From an uncultured Methanosarcinales archaeon (lineage in GTDB: Archaea; Nanobdellota; Nanobdellia; Woesearchaeales; GW2011-AR4), in assembly GCA_964469645.1 (NCBI GenBank), contig CAYXZV010000003.1, positions 8,538-72,537 on the forward strand: 64,000 bases of DNA. The letters run 5' to 3'. Position numbers and translations under genes: made by a program. Every line of letters begins with the position of its first letter. Positions within the stretch are counted from its first letter, which is position 1. Under the pieces are notes generated by a model. That model did not search any database. It was not told the origin of the DNA and saw only the letters and a list, made by a program, of their open reading frames with translations. Shown here one piece after another: positions 57,132 through 64,000 of the stretch.

Positions 57132-58532
57132 TTATGATTTTGGGTTTAATATATGTATAGCTTTCCCCATTGTTGCTTCTGCAGCTTCCATTAAGCTCTC
57201 GCTCAACGTAGGGTGGGGGTGTATTGTCAGAGCCAAATCATCCAAAGTAGCTCCCATCTTTATCGCTAAAGACGCTTCACTTATGAGGTCTGATGCATCA
57301 TTGCCTATAATCTGGACACCTATTATCTTACTGCTTTTTTCATCTGCAATTATTTTGACAAATCCTTCTGTTTCGTTTTTCGTCATTGCTCTGCTTGAGA
57401 CTCTAAAAGGGAACTTTCCTGTTTTTACCTTTATGCCTTTATCTTTTGCTTCTTCCTCACTTAATCCTACGATAGCTATCTCGGGGTCAGTGAATATCAC
57501 AGCTGGAACAACTGCATTTTCATAACTCTCTTTGTATCCTGCAATTACTTCTGCAACGGATTTTCCCTGGCTGGATGCCTTATGAGCCAGCATTGGCCCT
57601 ACAGAAACGTCACCTATTGCATATATACTTCCATCATCTGTTCTCAAATTCCCATCTACTTTGACAAATCCTTTATCATCCAATTTTACCTTCGTATTTT
57701 CAAGACCAATCTCATCAGCTATTGGTTTTCTCCCGACAGCAACTAAAACATTATCAGCATCCAACAATATTTTCCCTTTATCTTTTGAGCTTATACCTAC
57801 CTTGCCGTCTTCAAACTTCTCTGCTTTTGAATTAAGATGTATTTTCACGTCAATTTTTTCAAGATTTTTTTGCAGAACATCCACTATGCTTCTATCAAAT
57901 CCTGGCAGAATCTGGCTTGTCATCTCAACAACATGAACCTTGCTCCCAAGTTTTGCATAAACAGTTCCAAGCTCAAGACCTATATAACCTCCTCCAACTA
58001 CTACCAAATTCTTAGGAATATCATCAAGATACAAAGCATCTGTTGAACTTATTATCTTCTTTCCATCGAATTTGAAGTTTGGAAGCTCAATTGGCTTGGA
58101 GCCTACTGCAATTATCGCATTCTTAAAATCCACATAAGAATTTCCATTAGTTATTTTCAATCTGTTGGAACTTTCAAAAAAACCTGTTCCTTTAATAACA
58201 TTTATCTTATTTTGTTTGCATAACAGCTCTATGCCTTTATTAAGCTTAGAGATTATCTTGTTTTTCCATTCCTGCATCTTAGCAAAATCCACAGAGACAT
58301 TATCTGCATTTATTCCCATATCAGAAGATTTCTTTATCTTGTCAAAAAGTTCTGATGCGTATATCATTGCTTTTGATGGAATGCAACCATAATTAAGGCA
58401 TATTCCTCCTAACTTGCCCTTATCTACTAAGACTACTTTTTTGCCTAGCTGAGCCAATCTTATAGCAGCCACATATCCGCCAGGACCTGCGCCTATTACA
58501 ACAACTTCAGTTTTTATTGAATTATCTGTCAT
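57132..58532 (-). CDS. lpd: Dihydrolipoyl dehydrogenase
   Basis: VVVIGAGPGGYVAAIRLAQLGKK...GGICLNYGCIPSK (redox-active CxxxxC), with an HPHPTLSE C-terminal interface motif. Confidence 0.85.
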   Translation of the reverse strand: MTDNSIKTEVVVIGAGPGGYVAAIRLAQLGKKVVLVDKGKLGGICLNYGCIPSKAMIYASELFDKIKKSSDMGINADNVSVDFAKMQEWKNKIISKLNKGIELLCKQNKINVIKGTGFFESSNRLKITNGNSYVDFKNAIIAVGSKPIELPNFKFDGKKIISSTDALYLDDIPKNLVVVGGGYIGLELGTVYAKLGSKVHVVEMTSQILPGFDRSIVDVLQKNLEKIDVKIHLNSKAEKFEDGKVGISSKDKGKILLDADNVLVAVGRKPIADEIGLENTKVKLDDKGFVKVDGNLRTDDGSIYAIGDVSVGPMLAHKASSQGKSVAEVIAGYKESYENAVVPAVIFTDPEIAIVGLSEEEAKDKGIKVKTGKFPFRVSSRAMTKNETEGFVKIIADEKSSKIIGVQIIGNDASDLISEASLAIKMGATLDDLALTIHPHPTLSESLMEAAEATMGKAIHILNPKS

Positions 58533-58639
58533 TTTATTCTTACATAGGTTCTGTTATCTATTAATAAATCTAACGTTTTGGTTAGGATAAAAGGATAAGA
58601 TTTAAAAAGCGGATATTGTTACAGTTTTAAGTGGGGGCA

Positions 58640-59617
58640 ATGGATACGAATTTACAACAGCCAAAATCGTGGAAACCAGACAGACCAGTATCTAAAGGTG
58701 CTACAACATTTCATGATGCGGTTATAGATGCTTCTTGGAATCATCTTTGTCTTGGTAAACTCATAGAAGTCGCAAGCCCAAATATCCACGACAACGATAT
58801 AGTAGTCGATTTTGGTTGTGGTACGGGCACATCTTCCATCATAATTCTGGAAAAGTTAAAGACCGACATTAGGTTATGGCTGGTTGATAATTCCCCTGCA
58901 TGGTTAGGAAAAGCCTATGAATTTCTTAGCCAGCATCAAAATGTAGATTTTTTTCTGTTAGAAAAGAAGGGTAAAGGGTATTCAACTCTCGCAGAAACTG
59001 TAGGTAAGGAAACTGTAAATCATGTACTATCTGCAAATACTGTACACTTGATACCAAACCTCAAAGAAACCTATAAAGGTATTGCGGACGCATTAAAAAT
59101 CAAAGGGACATTTGTCTTTAACACAGGCAATGTTACAAGAGAAGGAAGAAAAGAAGGTGTCTTAATGCTAGACTCTACAGTGTACAGGGTTCACGACATA
59201 GCTATGGATATTATACGCAATGACTCAAGATTTGAGAAGTACCGGAAGGATCTTGACAAGACTATAGAAGCTTATACTCCATTAAGAAAATTTGTCTTTC
59301 CGGACCCAAGACCAATACAAGAGCACCTGGATGCATTAAAAGAAGCAGGATTTGATTGCTCAGAACCAATATACCAATGCTTTAGGCTTAAGTATAGTGA
59401 CTGGATCAATTTCTTAAGAATTCGAAGGCTGCAGATAGGAATACTTCCAGAGGTAGGTGGTAAGGACGCGACACCTGAAGAAGAGAAAGATAGAGATGAC
59501 TTAATTGTTATGTCCGCAAAAAAACTGTTCAAAGAACTGGAAGAACAAAATCCATTTGCAGATGACAAAACTTACCTTGGCGAATGGACTTATGTGTCTG
59601 CAACAAAAAACCCTTAA
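58640..59617 (+). CDS. Class I SAM-dependent methyltransferase
   Basis: Motif I VVDFGCGTGTSS. The track start 58631 is GTG, so ATG 58640 is used. GC content is visibly higher than in neighbouring genes. Confidence 0.6.
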   Translation: MDTNLQQPKSWKPDRPVSKGATTFHDAVIDASWNHLCLGKLIEVASPNIHDNDIVVDFGCGTGTSSIIILEKLKTDIRLWLVDNSPAWLGKAYEFLSQHQNVDFFLLEKKGKGYSTLAETVGKETVNHVLSANTVHLIPNLKETYKGIADALKIKGTFVFNTGNVTREGRKEGVLMLDSTVYRVHDIAMDIIRNDSRFEKYRKDLDKTIEAYTPLRKFVFPDPRPIQEHLDALKEAGFDCSEPIYQCFRLKYSDWINFLRIRRLQIGILPEVGGKDATPEEEKDRDDLIVMSAKKLFKELEEQNPFADDKTYLGEWTYVSATKNP

Positions 59618-59625
59618 TTTTAAAG

Positions 59626-60360
59626 ATGTTAAAAGGAAAAACTGCATTAGTTACAGGAGCCTCAAGAGGCATAGGTAATGCAATTGCCCTAGCATTAGCT
59701 AAAGAGGGCGCAAATGTTATTATTAATTATTCCAGTAATAGTAAAAAAGCAGAAGAGCTAGCTGGAAAAATTAACAAACTGGGTTCTAAGGCTATTACAT
59801 TAAAAGCTGATGTCTCGGATTTTGATGAAGTCGGGAGAATGGTAGATGATATCAAAAAAGTCTTCAATAAGGTTGACATACTTGTCAACAATGCAGGTAT
59901 TGTCAGGGACAGGACATTAAACAATATGACTATAGATGAATGGAATAGTGTAATAAATACCAACTTAAATGGTATTTTTAATGTGACTAAACAAGTCTTG
60001 CCTTTGATAGGGAACGGAGGAAGAATCATCAATATATCCTCCATTATAGCTCAATATGGTAACTTTGGACAGTGCAATTATGCAGCTGCAAAAGCCGGCA
60101 TTATTGGTTTCACAAAATCCTTGGCAAAGGAATTAGGCAAGAAAGGCGTAACTGTAAATGCCGTTGCTCCAGGATTCGTAAAAACAGATATTACAAAAGA
60201 TATACCCTTCTTTAAGAGGAAAATACTAAAGTACATGATACCTTTAAAGGATGAAGGCCAACCAGAGGACATAGCAAATGCTGTTGTATTTCTAGCCTCA
60301 GAAAAATCGAGATACATAACTGGCTCAGTAATAAATGTTGATGGCGGGCTTGCTTTCTGA
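59626..60360 (+). CDS. fabG: 3-oxoacyl-[ACP] reductase (SDR)
   Basis: MLKGKTALVTGASRGIGNAIA...NAG...YAAAKAG (YxxxK) is classic FabG. The track start 59584 overlaps the MTase by 34 nt in another frame; the canonical N-terminus begins at ATG 59626. Confidence 0.8.
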   Translation: MLKGKTALVTGASRGIGNAIALALAKEGANVIINYSSNSKKAEELAGKINKLGSKAITLKADVSDFDEVGRMVDDIKKVFNKVDILVNNAGIVRDRTLNNMTIDEWNSVINTNLNGIFNVTKQVLPLIGNGGRIINISSIIAQYGNFGQCNYAAAKAGIIGFTKSLAKELGKKGVTVNAVAPGFVKTDITKDIPFFKRKILKYMIPLKDEGQPEDIANAVVFLASEKSRYITGSVINVDGGLAF

Positions 60361-60364
60361 TTTT

Positions 60365-60474
60365 GTACGTTCCCGTACAACAGGGTATTGGGATGCTTTC
60401 AGCATCCGAGACTGATGTCTCGGGTGATTGAGCGTAGCGAACATCACCCTATACGCTAGTGTGCAGGCATGCAC
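60365..60474 (+). ncRNA. Candidate structured RNA or DNA element: five consecutive perfect hairpins, GC-rich
   Basis: GTACG-TTCC-CGTAC; GGATGC-TTTCA-GCATCC (or CCGAGAC-TGAT-GTCTCGG); GGGTGAT-N14-ATCACCC; GTGCA-GGCA-TGCAC. An outer AGGGT/ACCCT pairing gives a cloverleaf-like shape, but the stem and loop sizes do not fit tRNA. Local GC is about 50% against a background of about 30%. Confidence 0.3.
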
Positions 60475-60573
60475 AAAAACCATTAGATTTATATATGACT
60501 CCCGCATCCTCAGGGGTGAGTTTTCTTAGGAATTTCTTAAGAAACTTAACAAATATATGAGGTAAAAATAAAT

Positions 60574-60930
60574 ATGTACAACCAAGATAGAAACTTTGGG
60601 CAAAGTAACGCTCCAGTTAATGTTGGAGATGAGATAGACGTAAAAATAGAGGCTGTGGGTGAAAAAGGAGACGGTATTGCAAAGAAAGACGGCTTTGTTT
60701 TATTTGTCCCAAACACAAAAGAAGGGCAGGATGTGAAGATAAGGGTGACAAAAGTCCTGCGAAAAGTGGGCTTTGCAGAAGTTGTTGGTGAAGCTGAAGC
60801 AACTCCTCAACAAGAAAGCGCGCCGGCAGAATCAAGTTCTGAACCAGCACAGGAATCAGAGCAACCTGCAGTTGAAGAACCCCAAGTAGAAGATAGCGAA
60901 GATTTCGGGGAAGAAGAAAAGAAAGAGTAA
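60574..60930 (+). CDS. Small TRAM-domain protein with an acidic C-terminal tail
   Basis: VNVGDEIDVKIEAVGEKGDGIAKKDGFVLFVPNTKEGQDVKIRVTKVLRKVGFAEVV is a TRAM beta-barrel (as in stand-alone archaeal TRAM proteins). The tail is rich in E, S, P and Q. GC content is elevated. Confidence 0.7.
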   Translation: MYNQDRNFGQSNAPVNVGDEIDVKIEAVGEKGDGIAKKDGFVLFVPNTKEGQDVKIRVTKVLRKVGFAEVVGEAEATPQQESAPAESSSEPAQESEQPAVEEPQVEDSEDFGEEEKKE

Positions 60931-60990
60931 ATTTACTTCTTTTTGTTTTTTTAAATTAGTTTTAAATAGTTGTAAGTATAAATTATCACA

Positions 60991-61527
60991 ATGAGATTGT
61001 TCATAGCTATTGAAATCCCTGAAGATATAAAAGAATATATGGTTGAAGTACAAAGAAACATAGATAACAATCAAAATAAGGTCAGATTTGTTAATAAGGA
61101 CAGAATTCACTTGACACTAAAATTTCTTGGAGAAGTACAACTCAATGATTTAGAAAACATCAAAACCAACCTTAAAAAGATAACCTTTAGTCCTTTCTCA
61201 GTTAATTTAGAGAAAATTGGTGTTTTCCCAGATGAAAACTACATAAAAGTAATTTGGATTGGTTTAAAGCCAGAAGAACCTATATTGAAGCTACAAAAGG
61301 ATATTGACGAAAAGCTTGAAGAATTTTTCAAGAAAGAAAAAGACTTCAGACCACACTTAACTTTAGCAAGGGTAAAATACATAGAAGACAAAGAAAATTT
61401 TGTCAACAAATTAAAAAATATGAAAATCGAAAATAAAAAAATAAACATAACCAATTTCAAACTGGTAAAAAGCACTTTGACTCCAGAAGGTCCTGTTTAT
61501 GAGGATCTGGAAGTGTTTGGGAAATAA
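60991..61527 (+). CDS. thpR: RNA 2',3'-cyclic phosphodiesterase / 2'-5' RNA ligase (2H family)
   Basis: Two H-x-T-x motifs: HLTLKFLGE and HLTLARV. 178 aa. Confidence 0.75.
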   Translation: MRLFIAIEIPEDIKEYMVEVQRNIDNNQNKVRFVNKDRIHLTLKFLGEVQLNDLENIKTNLKKITFSPFSVNLEKIGVFPDENYIKVIWIGLKPEEPILKLQKDIDEKLEEFFKKEKDFRPHLTLARVKYIEDKENFVNKLKNMKIENKKINITNFKLVKSTLTPEGPVYEDLEVFGK

Positions 61528-61530
61528 GGA

Positions 61531-61542
61531 AACCTTTTTAAA
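61531..61542 (+). promoter_or_regulatory. BRE/TATA box AACCTTTTTAAA upstream of the uS2 gene
   Basis: Recurrent motif; ATG at 61629. Confidence 0.4.
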
Positions 61543-61628
61543 TTAAGATTATTTCCCATCCAATATTACCAAATCGCTGCATGAGGTAATAAAAACTGCA
61601 GTTCAATTCTGAACTTGCATTATATCCA

Positions 61629-62228
61629 ATGGTTGAAGAAAAATTTTTAGTACCGACAGACGAATATCTAAAGTCCGGGATACATATAGGTACAAAGTTC
61701 AAGACAAGGTACATGGAAAAATTCATCTACAAAACAAGGCCTGATGGGTTGTCAGTTCTTAACTTACAGAAAATAGATGAAAGAATAGGCATAGCTGCGA
61801 AATTTATGGCGCAATATGCTCCAGAAGATATGTTGGTCGTAGGGAGAAGAGAAAGTGCATGGAAACCGATAAAGATGTTTGGTAATCTTACCGGAACAAA
61901 AGTTTTTGCTGGTAGATATCCTCCAGGAATTCTAACCAATCCAAATCTTGATGAATACATAGAAGTTAAAGTGGTTTTGATCGTTGATGCAGGCCCCGAT
62001 AAGAATGTCGTTGAAGATGCAATAAAAGTAGGGATTCCGGTAGTGGCATTATGTGATACAAACAACCAGTCCAATAATATAGATCTTGTTGTTCCTAGCA
62101 ACAATAAAGGCAAGAAAAGCCTTGGGTTGTTTTTCTGGATTCTTACAAGGGAATACTTAAGGGCCCGTGGTGTTTTAAAGAAAAATGAAGATCTTAAGGA
62201 AAAGGTAGAGGACTTTACAGAAGAGTGA
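61629..62228 (+). CDS. rps2: 30S ribosomal protein S2 (uS2), archaeal/eukaryal type
   Basis: YLKSGIHIGTKFKT...DGLSVLNLQKIDERIGIAAKF...PIKMFGNLTGTKVFAGRYPPG...VDAGPDKNVVEDAIKVGIPVVALCDTNN matches the archaeal S2 / eukaryotic SA-p40 pattern. Confidence 0.85.
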   Translation: MVEEKFLVPTDEYLKSGIHIGTKFKTRYMEKFIYKTRPDGLSVLNLQKIDERIGIAAKFMAQYAPEDMLVVGRRESAWKPIKMFGNLTGTKVFAGRYPPGILTNPNLDEYIEVKVVLIVDAGPDKNVVEDAIKVGIPVVALCDTNNQSNNIDLVVPSNNKGKKSLGLFFWILTREYLRARGVLKKNEDLKEKVEDFTEE

Positions 62229-62249
62229 ATGCTCTAGATATTTCTTTAT

Positions 62250-63242
62250 TTAAACCATATTAAGGAGTTGATCTATTGCTTTTCTAAGGTCAACACCTTC
62301 ATAAAGCACCCCATATGCCTGAGAAATTAAAGGTATGTTTATTCCTTTTTTCATACAAATTTCATAAATTATTTTTGTGCTATTTATCCCTTCAGCCACC
62401 ATCCCATGCATTTCTTTTTTTATTTGATCTGTAGTTTTTCCACTTGCAAGCATCTCTCCAAAAAGCCTGTTTCTACTGTGATGGCTGTAACATGTAACAG
62501 CAAGATCACCAACTCCTGCAAGACCATAACAGGTAGCCTTTTTTGCTCCGAATTGTTTTGATATACTGCTTATTTCAGATAGGCCTAATGTAATTATGCT
62601 CGCTTTGGCATTATCCCCTAAATGTAGGCCATCACACACCCCTATTGCTAAGGCCACTATATTTTTTACAACGCCGCATATCTCTACCCCAGCCACATCA
62701 TCATGAGGGTATGATTTAAAATTAGTTGTACTGAAAATTTTGCACAGGGATTCTCTCACATCCTTGTGTTCTGAAGCTATAACTGTTGCTGTAGGCAACT
62801 TCTTTGAGACTTCTTCTGAATGGTTTGGTCCGGACAGGACAGCAATTTTTGCTTCTTTTGATAATTCTTCTTTCAGAACCTCAGATATTCTCTTCCCGGT
62901 AGACATTTCCATGCCTTTCACAGCATGAACAACAATAGCATCTTTATCTATAAGCTCAGAAAATGATTTTGCCACACCCCTAAGAAAAGGTGAAGGAACA
63001 ACGAAAATGATTATATTGCTGTCTTTAACAGAATCCTCTATCGAATTTGTTGCTATTACTGTTTTTGGTATTTCAACATTTTTTAGATATTTCTTATTTT
63101 CCCTTGTTTCATTTATTTCTTCAACGAGTTCCTTTCTTCTCGCCCATAAATGTACATCGTATCCTTTTCCCCCGAGCAATACAGCTAACGTAGTCCCCCA
63201 ACTTCCAGCTCCAATAACACTTATCTTCTTAGTCTCATTCAT
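62250..63242 (-). CDS. gpsA: NAD(P)H-dependent glycerol-3-phosphate dehydrogenase
   Basis: ISVIGAGSWGTTLAVLLGGKGYDVHLWAR...NVEIP is the GpsA N-terminal Rossmann pattern. 330 aa. Confidence 0.8.
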   Translation of the reverse strand: MNETKKISVIGAGSWGTTLAVLLGGKGYDVHLWARRKELVEEINETRENKKYLKNVEIPKTVIATNSIEDSVKDSNIIIFVVPSPFLRGVAKSFSELIDKDAIVVHAVKGMEMSTGKRISEVLKEELSKEAKIAVLSGPNHSEEVSKKLPTATVIASEHKDVRESLCKIFSTTNFKSYPHDDVAGVEICGVVKNIVALAIGVCDGLHLGDNAKASIITLGLSEISSISKQFGAKKATCYGLAGVGDLAVTCYSHHSRNRLFGEMLASGKTTDQIKKEMHGMVAEGINSTKIIYEICMKKGINIPLISQAYGVLYEGVDLRKAIDQLLNMV

Positions 63243-63243
63243 T

Positions 63244-63900
63244 TTAAAAATTGTATTTTTGATTCGACAATCTTGCTATTTCCTTCATTAGATCATTAGT
63301 TATCTTTCTTAATAAACTTCTAGTCACCTTCTTACCATAATACTCATCGAAATACATTAACTTGCCAATATTCATTGTTGCCTTTTTTAACTTTGGAATT
63401 TTTTTCCCTTTTGGTAATATCTTAAAGGTTCCTATAAAACCTATAGGCAGTACTGGAACTTTAGCAGCTAATGCGAGTCTTGCTGTTCCGGTTTTTCCTT
63501 CTTGGATTTTCCTTGTTAATGTTCTTGTGCCTTCCGGATAAATAAGGACAATAGCTCCTTTTCTTAGGTAAGAGAGGGCCGAATTTAAGGCTTCCTCTCC
63601 TTTATCTCTGTCTATAGGGATAAATGTTATGTATTTTGTCCACAGACTATGCCACGTGCTCTGAGTTAGAGTCTCAAAGTGTTCTTTTTTGGCGATAAAA
63701 TGTATTTTTCTGTTGATATGGGGTATAACTACACAACTCACAATGACATGGTCCATGTAACTGGAATGATTTGGGACTATTATGAATGGTTTATCGTTTT
63801 TCGGTAGATTTTCTAGTCCTGTAACTTCCTTGATCCATACAAGTTTAACAAATGGGGGTATTATGTGCCTAACTATTGGCGCAATCTTTCGTCTTTTCAT
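63244..63900 (-). CDS. plsC: 1-acyl-sn-glycerol-3-phosphate acyltransferase-like (PlsC family)
   Basis: HX4D motif VPNHSSYMDHV, the FIAKKE block and the IYPEGTRT block. It begins 1 nt after the gpsA stop. Confidence 0.7.
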   Translation of the reverse strand: MKRRKIAPIVRHIIPPFVKLVWIKEVTGLENLPKNDKPFIIVPNHSSYMDHVIVSCVVIPHINRKIHFIAKKEHFETLTQSTWHSLWTKYITFIPIDRDKGEEALNSALSYLRKGAIVLIYPEGTRTLTRKIQEGKTGTARLALAAKVPVLPIGFIGTFKILPKGKKIPKLKKATMNIGKLMYFDEYYGKKVTRSLLRKITNDLMKEIARLSNQKYNF

Positions 63901-64000
63901 CTTTCTAGTAATTGTACTTCTGCCCTATCAGCCCAGCTATTCTTCTCATTATTAGTCTTGTAGCTTTCTTAAGGGATTTATTATTTATTTCTTTGATATT

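Noticed and set aside
59584-59625. Upstream ATG start for fabG
   Set aside because: It would overlap the methyltransferase by 34 nt and add a non-conserved MDLCVCNKKPLILK leader. ATG 59626 gives the canonical MLKGKTALVTGASRGIG start.
60365-60474. tRNA or split-tRNA half in the GC-rich hairpin cluster
   Set aside because: Stem and loop sizes do not fit D, anticodon or T arms (6-7 bp stems with 4-5 nt loops). No T-loop GTTCRANYC or D-loop consensus is present on either strand.
1-64000. CRISPR arrays, tRNA genes, transposases/integrases, prophage blocks
   Set aside because: No regularly spaced direct repeats, no cloverleaf candidates in intergenic gaps, and no DDE, tyrosine or serine recombinase-like ORFs were seen. 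The only repeats are promoter duplications and the thiolase conversion tract.

Overview
This AT-rich window (about 30-33% GC by eye) is gene-dense and almost certainly archaeal, with a DPANN-like low-GC style. The evidence is an archaeal/eukaryal-type ribosomal protein uS2, RadB, MBF1, a TRAM-domain protein, an Fap7/AK6-like kinase, an NFACT protein, a stand-alone 5S rRNA, and recurrent BRE/TATA promoter boxes about 27 nt upstream of start codons (mostly leaderless mRNAs). I found no tRNA, CRISPR array, transposase or integrase.

The window breaks into four parts:

1. 1-7 kb. Two alkaline-phosphatase/sulfatase-superfamily genes are followed by a tightly coupled operon that I do not recognise as any known pathway: a CDP-alcohol phosphatidyltransferase, two paralogous Pol-beta-type nucleotidyltransferase-domain proteins, a HIT-like protein, a PHP phosphoesterase and an APS kinase.

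2. 7-32.5 kb. A roughly 25 kb surface-glycan biosynthesis island. It holds GT-C, GT2 and GT4 glycosyltransferases, three SDR epimerase/dehydratases, a complete ADP-heptose pathway (GmhA, PfkB kinase, HldE-II-GmhB fusion, plus transaldolase), CDP-hexose and UDP-GlcA/UDP-Xyl modules, a Wzx flippase, a polysaccharide deacetylase, and a bacterial-type NodU/SxtI carbamoyltransferase module with SGNH, DUF5989-like and SxtJ-like partners. A lone 5S rRNA gene sits at the edge of the island, and its promoter is duplicated in front of ugd.

3. 33-39 kb. Housekeeping genes plus a processive GT2 synthase (QxxRW motif) coupled to a CxxC membrane protein and a GT-C protein.

4. 39.7-64 kb. A bacterial-style acyl-lipid gene set unusual for an archaeon: acyl-CoA carboxylase (carboxyltransferase, BCCP, AccC), BirA, a BioY-ECF biotin transporter, FabZ, FabG, two thiolases with a gene-conversion tract, crotonase, YbgC thioesterase, Lpd, GpsA and PlsC.

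Other points of interest are a secreted 265-aa protein carrying the STT3/AglB WWDYG periplasmic-domain signature without the transmembrane domain, a DUF35-DUF362 fusion between the two thiolases, a GC-rich run of perfect hairpins at 60.37-60.47 kb, and a partial duplication of a promoter plus gene 5' end at 20.12 vs 24.02 kb.
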